Positions 1 to 11,626 of a DNA stretch of 64,000 bases are shown in pieces. The translations under genes were made by a program, and so were the position numbers. Location: contig OZ025788.1 of assembly GCA_964019425.1 (NCBI GenBank), positions 1,054,001 to 1,118,000 of the forward strand. The letters are read 5' to 3'. The DNA comes from Flectonema sp. DT1601 (Eukaryota). Positions within the stretch are counted from its first letter, which is position 1; each line of letters begins with the position of its first letter. The notes beneath the pieces are model-generated. The model did no database searches. It was given only the letters and a program-made list of their open reading frames with translations, and was not told where the DNA came from.

Positions 1-445
1 TTACTACCCGCACAAAGCTCCATAAGAAAAGGTTGTAGTCTGAAGAAATAAAGTGAGGGAGAGGACGCGGGATAATGAAGTTAACATCGTTCCTAATGAC
101 GAGTAAAAAACTTCACATTTGTTAAGAGAAAAAAAAATCATAGTACAAATACTAAGTTATTTTATTTAGGGTAAAGCTACTGACAAGTTACGGTGAAGTT
201 GCATGTGCGTTACGCAGCACTCGCAATCTTCAACACCATTGTTAACGTTCAGAGGAATAAAAAGAAAAAGGGGGAAGATGAAGTTGTTTAGGTTTGATTT
301 ATAGCCCATACAATTCTCCAACATCTTAAAGAGGGAACAGAAAAACACACAACACAATAAATAATAATAAACATTAAAAAGAAAAGCCCATCACCAGGGG
401 GGGGCTTTATAATATAAAACAGGAGAGTTATTATAAAGAAGTGTT

Positions 446-1294
446 TTAAGCAGAACACAATTCATATCTGTCGGCAATATCTCTCATTCCCTCAATTGTA
501 GTCCACATGATAATCACAAAGGGTAAAGTACGTGCCATTTCTGCCCGACCTCCTTTCCAGAGACCTGCAAGACCACCAGAACGTACTTGATTTGAAATAA
601 GTATTGAGGGAGAGTTAGTCTTTGTGACCTGAAGCTGTCTTCGAATAACATCAAATGGATAAACAGTTAGAGAGGATACTCCTGATATAACTGAAGCAAA
701 CACTACTGAATATTGTTTTGAGAAGTATGTTGAAAAATAATCTCGAGAAGTTTCATACACAGTCATTTGAAGAGCTACTTCTGGTACCTTTTGAAACACT
801 GAGACACCCATCCCTTTATAAAAACCAGACACACCAAAATTCGATACGATTGACTTCGCAATTGACGCGACTGATCGACGAGCTCCAACCGACATGTGAG
901 TTCTTAATATGTCAAGAGGGTAAGTAAATACCACCGCTCCTGCTCCTGCAACACATCCTGAAATAGCCCTATCGGTAGGTGTTAACGTTTGAATTTTTCG
1001 ATGAGAAAGCAGAAGCTGTTTCGATTTTTCATAAAGTAAAAATGAACAACCAGAATAAGGAACTCTATGAAGTATTGTGATTAGGTTCCCTCTCCATAAA
1101 CTTCGAAGACCTTCAGAATTTGATATTCTTCTCAACGACGTTATTATTTTACTTTCATTAACTTCGTTCAGTTGTTGCATTATAACCAAACGTTGAATGG
1201 GAGCTGTCGCTGTTTTTGCTGCTCCACCACCTGCTCCACCGCTCATCAAATCGAACCAAACTGGTCGCTTTCTCTCTGCGATAGAGACAGTCAT
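446..1294 (-). CDS. Mitochondrial carrier family (SLC25) protein
   Basis: Three Px[D/E]xx[K/R]-type repeats (APIQRLVI, YPLDILRT, YPFDVIRR) with 'GLRSLWRGN', 'GFYKG' and 'GLWKG'. Likely start is MTVSIAERKR (ATG at 1294); the longer ORF-track N-terminus looks like non-coding read-through. Confidence 0.9.
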   Translation of the reverse strand: MTVSIAERKRPVWFDLMSGGAGGGAAKTATAPIQRLVIMQQLNEVNESKIITSLRRISNSEGLRSLWRGNLITILHRVPYSGCSFLLYEKSKQLLLSHRKIQTLTPTDRAISGCVAGAGAVVFTYPLDILRTHMSVGARRSVASIAKSIVSNFGVSGFYKGMGVSVFQKVPEVALQMTVYETSRDYFSTYFSKQYSVVFASVISGVSSLTVYPFDVIRRQLQVTKTNSPSILISNQVRSGGLAGLWKGGRAEMARTLPFVIIMWTTIEGMRDIADRYELCSA

Positions 1295-1970
1295 ATTTTG
1301 TGAAAAGAATAAAACACCAACTTGACATAAAAAAGAAATAATATACAACGAGAGAGGTCCAACCGAAAAAAGTAGAATCACTATAAAGAAACCTGACTCA
1401 CAACAGGTTTTTGCGTGCCATAAGAAAAGAGTAAAATATCTGGCAAGGTTAGATAACCGTTTGAATTTATGAAATACAACTACACACAATGAATTATGGT
1501 AATGCTTTAGCCTTTTGAAGTAACTTTTAGGTTTTGAGAGTAGTACCAATCTCAATAAAACATATTAGGCAAGGGGAGAGTGATACTCCGCAACAATGAG
1601 AATCTGTAACTCAGAAATCCATATCCGATAGCAATGAAAAGTATTGAAACAAGAAAAAAAAAAGAAAACCAAACCAAAACTATTATAATATAACACAGTT
1701 ATAGGGTGAACAGGATAGGAGGTACCCCCTTTTTGTTAAACAGACCTGGTGACTAGCAGTCATTCACCGAAATGGTGTACTTAAAAAAAAAACAAATGAG
1801 AAATAAACTCATATAAACTCTCAAAGAGAGAACGCAGACAAGGCACATGTTCTGTAATTCCATAACTACTTTGTGACTAACAAACCCTTCGTTAGCTCTA
1901 AGGACGTTGAGGATTTGTTACCTAAGATGAGTAGGCTGATTGTTCTCCAAAGACAGAGTGAACATAACAA

Positions 1971-2540
1971 TTAAAATGTTGGAGTTAAATACGAAAGAAA
2001 ACTACCGACAGTGTCGATGAATGTTCCTCCCCCGACCTCATGACTGAGAACGAAGTCGTGATGTGAATCTGAATTATTCGAAGGAATGGAATTTTCTTCT
2101 ATCGCCGTATTAGTCGCATCATGAACAACATTTAGAATTCTATTGAGAGAGCTGAGTAATGATGCTTTACTACAACGTGGTTGAAGTGTCACTTGGATTA
2201 CCCATCTCTCCCATTCTAATACGTGAGCACCCGTAGAATGTGTAAAACGGAGATGAACATGAAAAGTTTTATCACGTTTTTGTTCATTCTTTAACTTTGA
2301 TAAAGAAGAACGGAATCCATGAAGACATTTATTAACTTTTTGATGAACTTCACCATCGGCATCACCGACTTTACAATATATCAAAGGAATGGCAAGTGAT
2401 TCCTTTAAACTTTCTTCTTTAGGAAATATTGGACCTAACTGTCGTTGGAATAATATGGTGTGAATAATACATTCTAAGACATCTGACACTTGCGGCTCTT
2501 CAACTTGGATCACAGGGAGTTCGTGGAACTTCGTGTTCAT
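1971..2540 (-). CDS. ATG101: Autophagy-related protein 101-like (HORMA fold)
   Basis: 'VSDVLECIIHTILFQRQLGPIFPKE' and 'WERWVIQV' match ATG101 family motifs as I recall them; start MNTKF at 2540. Confidence 0.75.
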   Translation of the reverse strand: MNTKFHELPVIQVEEPQVSDVLECIIHTILFQRQLGPIFPKEESLKESLAIPLIYCKVGDADGEVHQKVNKCLHGFRSSLSKLKNEQKRDKTFHVHLRFTHSTGAHVLEWERWVIQVTLQPRCSKASLLSSLNRILNVVHDATNTAIEENSIPSNNSDSHHDFVLSHEVGGGTFIDTVGSFLSYLTPTF

Positions 2541-2664
2541 TGTTTTGTTTGTTTTTTTATAAGCTGTGATAAAAAATAATAAAAACATTGACGATATTAG
2601 AGAATTAGTTTTGATGATATCAAACGTGCTTTGAGTATTTAGTTGTTTACCTGATGTAGGAGGG

Positions 2665-2924
2665 ATATGTGCTGTAGGAGGGGGAATGAATATTAATTAC
2701 TCATTGACACTTTCCTTTTTACTGACGAAACTTATCGGAAGTACCTCGATACTATGATTAAATATAAAGTAACTTGAAACTGAGTATAGGGTTCCGCCAA
2801 ACCTGGTTGCAATGAAAAGAGACCAACAGTTGGTATCGATAAAATCCTATATGTGCTGTAGGAGGGGGAAAATGAATATCAATTACTCATTGACAATTCC
2901 CCTTTTTATTAACGAAACTAATCG
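2665..2924. repeat. Imperfect ~75-bp direct repeat pair (2665-2737, 2849-2924)
   Basis: atatgtgctgtaggaggggg..aatgaatat.aattactcattgaca..ttcc.ttttta...acgaaact.atcg occurs twice in the intergenic region. Confidence 0.85.
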
Positions 2925-3100
2925 ATGTCCTCACCTGTTGATACGAATAACGAGAAGGGGATCAGACTTTCAACTGCGCTACACAATCCATTTGTGTAGT
3001 AATTTACGACCGGTGCAATGCGTACAGCATAAGCAACCACAGTGGTATTGCTGCTTTTGATTTTAACGTTTTTCTTTTTTTTTTTTTTTAAATCGTAGGA

Positions 3101-3892
3101 TTATCCTTTTTGAGTTGCATCTTCAGTTTTCTCAGCAATGACGCACCAGTTGTCACAATCATAGTAGCTCTTTACTATTTTAAGAGGGAGCGGCTTCATT
3201 AATTCTTCCAACTCACCTTCATTAAATAAATGATAGTAACGTTGGTGGACTTCTTCTTCTCGTTCTTCCTCTTCTTTGTTTTTTTCATCAGTTGAGACGT
3301 CAGAGGCAGTAGTTTTTTTTGTAATTTTCTTAGTAGTATCTTTCTTACTGAAACGCTTGTTGACGGTCCAGGGTACGGAAACGTCTTGGGAAGTGCTGTT
3401 CTTAAACCGGCGTTGATTCGAAGCCCAAACATAAATAAGAAACTGACCACCAACTGACAATACTCTGCACAATTCAGAAACTGCGGTGAATCGTCTTTCA
3501 GAAGTGCTTAAATGATGAAGCATAGCAATGCATAATGCAACATCAGCTGAACCACTTCTCATCGGTAGAGACATTGCGTTACATACTATGGAATTCAGTC
3601 CCTTTTCAACTGCTACTTTTAATAAAGATTTGCTGGCATCGCAGGCAATTAATGTTCTCTTTGTACCTATAACACCAGCAAGACTCTTTCCATTTCCACT
3701 ACCAACGTCAACAACAACAGCGTTGTCGTTACTTTGATCAACAAATTCAGCTACCCTCGGCCAGGCTTTATATCTCGTCGCACTAAAATGTTCAGATATT
3801 TGTTCGTATATGTTGTGGACGTATTTATTTTCAAAATCATCAGCGTTTCCGGTTGACTCCAACGATGAGAATTTTCTTTTATTATCAGCCAT
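3101..3892 (-). CDS. Trm9/ALKBH8-type tRNA wobble-uridine methyltransferase (class I SAM MTase)
   Basis: 'E.KYVHNIYEQISEHFSATRYKAWPRV', 'DVGSGNGK', 'IAMLHHLST.ERR', 'LIYVWA', 'RYYHLF.EGELE', 'DNWCVI'. Confidence 0.9.
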   Translation of the reverse strand: MADNKRKFSSLESTGNADDFENKYVHNIYEQISEHFSATRYKAWPRVAEFVDQSNDNAVVVDVGSGNGKSLAGVIGTKRTLIACDASKSLLKVAVEKGLNSIVCNAMSLPMRSGSADVALCIAMLHHLSTSERRFTAVSELCRVLSVGGQFLIYVWASNQRRFKNSTSQDVSVPWTVNKRFSKKDTTKKITKKTTASDVSTDEKNKEEEEREEEVHQRYYHLFNEGELEELMKPLPLKIVKSYYDCDNWCVIAEKTEDATQKG

Positions 3893-4836
3893 GTGTGTGG
3901 TATAAATAGCTATGAGAGGAAACTTTTGATTTTTTTTTTTTTTATTTCATCTTTTATCAAACTTGTTCACACTTTACTTATATTTAAATTGCTGATAGAG
4001 ATAAAATAGATAATTGTCACGAATAGTGCGGATTATTTTCATTATTACACCGTCCACCCCACCTTTTGAGGATTTCGATGAACTATTTTTTTAACTTCTT
4101 TTTCTTTTTTCTTTTTTCTTTTTTCTTTTCTTTTTTTTTTTTTTTTTTTTTTCCTTCCTAGAGTAGAAAGGAAAAACAAGCAAGGAGGGGGTATTGAAAA
4201 GCATTTTGCTTTCTTTGACACAAATCTGTCCACGCAGGGGTGGTGGGAGGTAGCTCAAAAGAAACATCAAGGGCAGTACACAAAGGAGGGGAAAAAAGAG
4301 AGAAGTTTTTTTCGTATCTTTTTTCCTTGTCGTGAAGAAAAATCTTGTAGTTTTTTTTTTTTTTTTTTCCCCTTCTTCGTTTCCACCCTCAGCAATCCCT
4401 GCTCTCTCTTCTCCTGAAAAGCATAAATAAATAATACACCAATGCCTACTCAAGAATACGACGATAAACAGAGAAGTCATTTATTTCAGTTCTTTTGAAA
4501 TATACAAATAAAACATAAAAGTCCATGGCAGAACTTCAGGAACGGGGATGGATACCAACCTACGTGGAACAGCGAGTACAAGAGGGGATTTTTGGAGGAC
4601 GGGTGTACAATAGTGGGTTAACATAATTAGAAGGAAAAGAAAAAAATGAGAGGATGTTGGGGAATTCTTGAGATCAGGGAAGACATGTACAACTGGGCTT
4701 TCAATATAAATTCTTTCGTTTTTTTTCCTTTCTTTTTATTTTTATTTTTTATTTTTTTTTTACCATTCATTTTTCACCACAACAGCCCCCCGTGCTAGCA
4801 AAATGCTAAAAACAACACTCGTGATGAGTTAAAATG

Positions 4837-4870
<34 letters not shown>

Positions 4871-6024
4871 TTGGCAATTCAAGAACATGAAAGGTTTCAA
4901 TAAAATAATAATAATAATAATAATAACAACATGGGTAACCTATAGTTGGTTACCCACGTCATAAACAATTTCTATGGCATTAAATTTAATATAAAAAAAA
5001 AGAAAAAAAATAATTTACTTATCACGTATATTCTTAAATGCCAATTCAAAAGAAATCAGAAAAGAAGGGAAAAAAAAAGGGCAGGTGCGGGCGGTACAAC
5101 AATAAGAAATTAATGCAAAAGAAACAAACAAGAAGGCCGAATCATGGGAGTAAATAACGAAAACTTCTCCCAAAAAATACAATTTTTTTTTTTTTTTTTT
5201 TACAAATTTCTTGACGCGTTCCCTCACTTTTCATGTAGATACTAAAATGCAAGACAAAGCAGTTTAGAAAAAAGAAAGACTACCTCCACGTCCCCTAATT
5301 ACGTGTGGAAAGGGGGAAAAAAAGGCTCAGAGATGCACAAGAAACATCATCACAGCAACGGAACGCAGTTTTCTTTTTTTTTTTTTTTTTCTTTTTTTTC
5401 TTCTGAAAAAGGGATCATAATGTATATAAGGGGAAAGAGAACGTGCTGGGAAAAGGCACGCGGTGGAAACAAAACAGAAATATAAATAACATGTACAAAA
5501 ACAACTTTATTTTTTATTTTTTATTATTTTTTTTTTTTTTTGGGGAAAAAAAAACTTTGGATACAGCGAATTTCCAACTACCAGTAACATCAATATGGAC
5601 CAGTAAACTCAGTCGAAGGAAAGACTAACCAACTCTAAGGTTGAACTACACAACACCATACAATGGAAATCAGGAACGAGTACAACTGACCTGTCAATTT
5701 TTTTTTTTTTTTTCTAAAATCGTTTTATCTACTTACTGGTTGCCCGCAGTGAGAAGGGAAAAAAAAAAAAAAATGTCACATGACTTGTACTGCACTTTGC
5801 AAAAAAAAAAAAATACTCTATTTTGCAAACTCGTGTGGTATTTTCGTGTACGACCGTTTTCAGTGCAAAAATATAACAACGCATACCCCGCTAAGAATGG
5901 CCCGTCAAGGGTTTTAAGAATTAAAAAAATAAAAATAAAAAACGGGTCCATAATTTTGTTTACTCTAAAAAAAAATTTCTTTTTAATAATTCAAAAAAAT
6001 TATCCATTTTTGGGTACGGAAGTA

Positions 6025-8421
6025 TTATTTTGTGTTTAGGAACGGGTGTCTAAGCATGACTTCTGCGGCTGGTCGTAATGTTGCATCGTATGAACCAAGA
6101 CACTCAGTGATAAAATTACTCATCAGATCAGCGTCCTTATCTTTAAGAAAGAATTGTAATTCTGAAGACAGCTTTCTCTGTGGAAAGTATCTGAGTGACT
6201 TCTCCCGGTGTCTAAATACACCTTCTGAGTTAAAGTATGTTGGAATGTGACGACCTCCTTGTTTAGTAATCGAAACAGGAACTTCACCAATGAGTTGTTG
6301 CATCATACAAACATGATCTCCGTTGATTTCTTCCTCTGGCTTTTGACGGTGTTTTGGATCTTTCTTTGGGTCCATTAAGAAAGCACCAGTGATAAGTTCA
6401 TAAGCCATACATCCAATTGACCAAACATCAGTTGCTGGAGTGATTGGGTTTCCAAATAGTACTTCTGGAGCGCGGTATTCCCGAGTCTGTAATATAACTC
6501 CGAGTGGGTTGTTAGCGTGTCCCTTCTTACGAGATTGAAGTCTGCGAGCGTGACATCCAACACCGTATTGGGATGCGTTTGGATCCAGAAGTGATGAAAG
6601 ACCGAAATCTGAAACTCTGACGTAACTTGATTCAGCATCACTGCTAGCACCATCAGGGTTTACAAGTCTCTCATTGTCCCATGGAGTACTTCTCTGAGTA
6701 GCAACCTCATCCTGCCATTCTCTCATCTGTTCGCGTGTCTTCTTAGAAACAGTTGTGAGAAGAATATTTTCAGGTTTCAAATCAGTGTGAACAATGTGTA
6801 ATCTTCCTAACTCTGCAATCGCACGCAGACAGGCTCTCAAACAACTTTTAACAAAGGCAACGTCATCTGGAGTTCTACGAGGAGCCATTGAAGGATTAGA
6901 GATACCTCTGATCTTATTCCTGTACTTGTGTGCTTGTTCAACAAGACAGAGTGTGTTCTGTCCAAGGACAGGGAATACCATGCAAATGTGTTTTCCGTAT
7001 TCCCCTTTTTGCTCAAAAACAGACAAAACGGTTGACAAAGAGGAGGCACCCGGCTGCTTTGCATACTTTCCGATGTGCTTTAACAATCCTGCTTCTTCCA
7101 AGGCCGCGTTTGAAACGTGGTCGGCTGACTTTGAGACTTTAATTGCGACGAATTGAGATGTTGTAGTTGGGAGTTTCTTCTTCAGTGATTCTTGATCCCA
7201 TGCAAGCCAGACAGTGGCGAACTCACCCCATCCGAGTTTTGAGATAATGTGATACCTGTCATTAAATAATTGACCTCTTGTCACTCTCATGTAACCATTC
7301 TCTCCATACTTTGATTGATCTTCTTGACCATTTGCTGTCCATGAGCACACCATGTTACTAATATGAGATGGAACTTTTCTTCCCGTTGGAAGAGTAGCGT
7401 TCGTAGTTGGAGTTGGCACAGCCGGTGATGTTGCAGCAGAAGCTGCTGCTGCCGCACCAGCAGCACTCGCAGCTGGTCGATGAGTTGGAGTAGAAGGAGC
7501 GTTGTGTGCTGCAACCTGTTGACGAAGTGAATTCTGAGAGTTGTTTCTTCCCAATCTCTTTAATAACAATGCCGCAGTATCTGGTGAGTTATTACCGAAG
7601 TGACTTTGATGAGGTGATGACCAATTTGAGCTCTGAGGAGTTCCTACCGGAGTCGCTGGAGAGCGCATTCCCGTCAAATCGAAATTATTCCTCCTCGGGG
7701 TAGTTGGTGTTGACGGACTTCCACTGTTGGTGTTGGTGTTGGTGGCGGTGGCGGTGGCGGTGGAAGTGCTGTTGTTGGTAAACAATCCCCTCGACAGTTG
7801 CCTCGTCAGGTTCTTACGTGGAGACGATACCTGTTCAGCTGATGCCAACAAGTTCTTTAAGTATTCACTTTGTACTGAGGCTGGAGTACCAGTCGTGTTG
7901 CTGTTAGAAACCTTTCTAGTGGCATGTGCTGAGAGTGCTCTCCTTCTCTCTCCCAAGGAGATGCTTGAGCTTTGACGGATAAGCTGTCCAGGACTTGGAG
8001 CCCTTCCTGGTGTATTAAATCTCCTCGATACTGGAGCTTCACAGCTGCTGTCAGTACTGCTGTAACCAACAGTGTCATTTGTGTATGTTGACGATCCATT
8101 GCTGTGTTTTCTAACAGGTGTTTGGTTTTGCTGTGTTTGGCTCACAGCAGTCGATGGGTACCTCGGTGAGATCGGAGACCTATAAAATGACATCTGTCGA
8201 CTGAGTCTTGGAGACGATGGGGTCTGTGGTGTGTAGAGCGCTTGAACCTTTTCCTGCCTTCTACTTGGTGTTGTGTTCCCACGCTTGCTACTTGCAGGTG
8301 ATTGCCCTCTCAATAATGCATGAAGAAGAGGCATTTTAATTGGCGGCACTACACTGTCACTATCATGAGTCTTTAAAGGTGACGAGTACCTGTTGGATCC
8401 CCTGCTTGCTGACACAGGCAT
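6025..8421 (-). CDS. SR-protein kinase (SRPK-like) with long Ser/Thr/Pro-rich N-terminus
   Basis: 'RYHIISKLGWGEFATVWLAWD', 'VAIKV', 'HICMVF', 'HTDLKPENILL', 'DFG', 'QTREYRAPEV', 'DVWSIGCMAYELITG'. Confidence 0.92.
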   Translation of the reverse strand: MPVSASRGSNRYSSPLKTHDSDSVVPPIKMPLLHALLRGQSPASSKRGNTTPSRRQEKVQALYTPQTPSSPRLSRQMSFYRSPISPRYPSTAVSQTQQNQTPVRKHSNGSSTYTNDTVGYSSTDSSCEAPVSRRFNTPGRAPSPGQLIRQSSSISLGERRRALSAHATRKVSNSNTTGTPASVQSEYLKNLLASAEQVSSPRKNLTRQLSRGLFTNNSTSTATATATNTNTNSGSPSTPTTPRRNNFDLTGMRSPATPVGTPQSSNWSSPHQSHFGNNSPDTAALLLKRLGRNNSQNSLRQQVAAHNAPSTPTHRPAASAAGAAAAASAATSPAVPTPTTNATLPTGRKVPSHISNMVCSWTANGQEDQSKYGENGYMRVTRGQLFNDRYHIISKLGWGEFATVWLAWDQESLKKKLPTTTSQFVAIKVSKSADHVSNAALEEAGLLKHIGKYAKQPGASSLSTVLSVFEQKGEYGKHICMVFPVLGQNTLCLVEQAHKYRNKIRGISNPSMAPRRTPDDVAFVKSCLRACLRAIAELGRLHIVHTDLKPENILLTTVSKKTREQMREWQDEVATQRSTPWDNERLVNPDGASSDAESSYVRVSDFGLSSLLDPNASQYGVGCHARRLQSRKKGHANNPLGVILQTREYRAPEVLFGNPITPATDVWSIGCMAYELITGAFLMDPKKDPKHRQKPEEEINGDHVCMMQQLIGEVPVSITKQGGRHIPTYFNSEGVFRHREKSLRYFPQRKLSSELQFFLKDKDADLMSNFITECLGSYDATLRPAAEVMLRHPFLNTK

Positions 8422-8580
8422 ATTTATACCTTACCTTAAATATGAAAACTGAAATGGAGGGGGTGAAAAATGATAAACACACACACAATTACAAAACCAA
8501 AGATGTTCGCTATTGGGATAGCTGAGCAAACATGTAACGTTAATACTTATTGCTAAGTCGTTTTCTTTTTTTTTACAACA

Positions 8581-8735
8581 AGCATAACACGTGTGCAAGG
8601 CTTAGGGTGTCAAACCCATAAGCCGCACTGAAAGGGACTTTATGTGTAGCACAGCCCGATCCCGATTTATTGGAAAAGGATTTGAGGTAAAGTACACTTG
8701 TTGGGATCCTAAAGATGGTGAACTATGCCTGGATA
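8581..8735 (+). pseudogene. Degenerate LSU (28S-type) rRNA fragment, D3 region
   Basis: taacacgtgtgcaag..agggtgtcaaaccc..gcactgaaag ... ggatttgag....tacacttgttgggatcctaaagatggtgaactatgcctg resembles the conserved eukaryotic LSU TAACATGTGTGCGAG..GGGTG..AAACCC..GCA.TGAAAG and GTTGGGACCCGAAAGATGGTGAACTATGCCTG, with substitutions. There is no flanking rDNA. Confidence 0.85.
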
Positions 8736-8761
8736 CCCGACTCGAACATGAATGATTGATT

Positions 8762-9643
8762 CTACACCAATCCGAAAAACTTAATCGTGTTTTGAGTAAT
8801 TATTTTCGCGGCCTCTTCCTCACTCACATCATAACACTTTGCAATGCATCGAAGAGTGGTTGGTAGAGAACAAGGCTCATTATTACGTCCCTGAATACCA
8901 ACCTCTTTAGGAATGCCGTCAGGCTTCATGTACGGAGCATCAGTTTCGATAAGAAGCTGCGAGAGAGGCAGATGTGTCTTCAGAATTGGTCGCAGGTGAG
9001 CACCACGTTTACCCATGGCAATGAACCCTGTAAGACCAATATAATAACCACGTTTTGCATAATCTTGGAGGTGTTTTGGTGAAGAGGTAAAACAATGAAT
9101 ACAAACTCTATCACTCTGAATGTCAGCATCTGTTAATGATTTAATTAAATCTGTGTGAGATCCTAACGGTGGTCCTTTTGACGTGTCCAAATCACGCTCA
9201 TGCAAAAATAAAGGTTTATTAATCTCTTTAGCAAGCTTAAGATGAGCCTGTAGAGAAGCCAATTGAACATCTCGCGGTGATCGCATGCGGTCGTAGTCGA
9301 GGCCTGTTTCACCAACGGCCAGACATCTTGGATGAGATACATTTTTTGAAATAATTTCAAATTTCTCTTTTGAAAACTCACTTGCTTCATGAGGATGGAT
9401 TCCGCTGGTAAAGTACAACTGAACTCCATGAGTGTGATTTATTTTATGATCAATCATTCTACGAGCTGCTTCAGTCCCCCTAACAGATGTTCCCGTGACC
9501 ATAATTGTCTCAACACCCGCGGCTGAGCTCCTTTCAAGAATCCTCCATAAGTCATCTCCCCTCAATCTGGTAATATTGGCACCCACGTCTATTAATTTAG
9601 TATTGCGAATAGCATATGATTTCAAGAAATCCGAAGTACTCAT
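8762..9643 (-). CDS. tatD: TatD-family deoxyribonuclease
   Basis: 'LIDVGANI', 'GIHPH', 'AVGETGLDY', 'PLFLHER', 'IHCFT', 'LLIETDAPY', 'NEP'. Confidence 0.93.
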   Translation of the reverse strand: MSTSDFLKSYAIRNTKLIDVGANITRLRGDDLWRILERSSAAGVETIMVTGTSVRGTEAARRMIDHKINHTHGVQLYFTSGIHPHEASEFSKEKFEIISKNVSHPRCLAVGETGLDYDRMRSPRDVQLASLQAHLKLAKEINKPLFLHERDLDTSKGPPLGSHTDLIKSLTDADIQSDRVCIHCFTSSPKHLQDYAKRGYYIGLTGFIAMGKRGAHLRPILKTHLPLSQLLIETDAPYMKPDGIPKEVGIQGRNNEPCSLPTTLRCIAKCYDVSEEEAAKIITQNTIKFFGLV

Positions 9644-11249
9644 ATTAAGTTTTTCTTTTTTTTTTTTCCCCTTCCTTTGGTTTTTAAGGATAACATTAAA
9701 GAAACAACATCATAGCGGGGAATAGGCAAGGCAGATTGTAACCCCGGGAAGCGCATTTCTCCCAGTGGGTATTCTACACCAGAAGAACTGCCCTGTAAGA
9801 AAATGAAAAAAACTACATTGACTCTCAGTGTTGTATTACCGAGTGGATTCTGGTACCCTTTGTTCATTTATTCGTTTCCATTTGTTTTTGTTTTTTTTGT
9901 ATCTTCCTTTTTCTTTTTGTTTTTTTATAGTATTTTTTGCTCAAAAAAATAACAAGTAAAAAAGTGGAAGAAAGATTTTTTTCCTTTTTTTTTTTTTTTT
10001 TTTCTTTTTTTTTCTAAATTTAGTTGTTACAAAAGCGTCGTCACCTCGACAGGGTCAGCCGATGCGAACGGAATACCACACTCATTGGGGTGAAATACAT
10101 TCTCGGGTGGAGGGATATATACTCCACGAGAATACATCTCCACACGACAGTATTGAATCCGATTGACACGATCGGCCAGCCTGTGGCTCGCTTCTGTAGT
10201 CGATTCCTCGGTTTTTACTTTCCCCCCATTTGGGAAGAAGCTCTAAAGGTTGAGTACGAAGGGGAAGTGCAGCTCCTGATGAGGAGATCAAAGTGAGAAT
10301 GGACCGATCCTACGAATATGTAAGAAAAAAAGGTTTTGAACACGTGTTTCTCTCGCAGTTGAACTCTCTACGTCGTGAGCTACCGACCAGAAAACATAAA
10401 TAGTAAGTCCTTCTTTCTCCTTTTTATTGCCCTTAAGGTGCTGTATTATTATTATTTTTTACCATTTTTCGCAAATTAATTTAAAAACAAAAAAAAAAGG
10501 TTTTTCAATTTTTTTATAATATAAAAAAAAAAAATCTTCAACACTACACCACAAGGGAACTGTCAAGATGACGTTAACAAGAAGCATCGAAAAGTTGTCA
10601 AAAAGAATCTTCGCTCACCAAGACAAAGGAGAAGGGGAAAGACTCATAATGTTACTTTCAAACAAAAACGTGTTCTTTGTTCTTTGTGTATTGCATGCAC
10701 GACATTTAGGCAGCATACGCGAACACTCCACTGGATCGTAAACCCTTCCTTCAAAGGTACGTCACTAGAGATGCAACAGAGAGAATTTTTCCTTTTTCTT
10801 ATTTTATTTTTTTTTTTTTTTTTTAAAGGGGAAAAACGGGGTTGAAAAGGGAAAGGGAGAGAAAAAAAAAGAAAAAAATATTTGCGACATTCAGAAGGAG
10901 AACAGTGTCACCAGCATTACTACTTCCGATGTGATGTACAGCTTTCGAAAAAGGACTTAAAACTTAATATTTTTCTCTACCAGACGTAACCTTTCCACAT
11001 TCTTTTTTGATATTTGTTCACCTCGAGAAAAAAAAAAAAAAAAAAAACCACCAGCAAAAAAAACCTAAGAACCAAGCAGAAAATAAGTTTTTTTTAAGTG
11101 GGGGGAAAAAAATACGATTGCACCCTCCACTGTTAGTTACATCTATTCTGTGTAAACAGTTACCTTGGGGTCGATTTTCTGACCAGAAGAGGTCAGCTAT
11201 CGCTTCTCCATAGAAGTGTAGAGTGATGAGGCCTGGGAATCGGTCGGAC

Positions 11250-11281
<32 letters not shown>

Positions 11282-11626
11282 CATTGCATTCTTTGCATTC
11301 CTTGTTTTTTTTCTTCTTATTTTTAAATTTTTTAGAAAAAAGGGGGTGTGAAGGAAAAAAAGAACTTAAAGACGGCGACACAGAGAGCAACAACGCTCTC
11401 TAGGTCGAATATACAGGCTTGTAGAAAACCGACAGGAGAAGGGATGGAAAAGGGGAGTGGAGAAATAGGGAAGTGAGACTTGTGAAGAATACACTGAAAA
11501 ACTAATCGCATTTAGGGTTCACCGCAAAAATAAAATGAAGAAAAAAGAAAACCATAAAAAGAATAACAGAAACGCAACACTGCGATCTTTCGGACGTCCT
11601 TGAAAAAACTTTACAGATCAATCCAT

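Noticed and set aside
2722..2731. ctgacgaaac as a hammerhead ribozyme core
   Set aside because: No stem II between CUGANGA and GAAA, and the motif is not kept in the second repeat copy.
4045..5951. Many short Lys/Phe-rich ORFs here and throughout 32-62 kb
   Set aside because: Translations of poly(A)/poly(T) tracts in UTR-like or satellite DNA.
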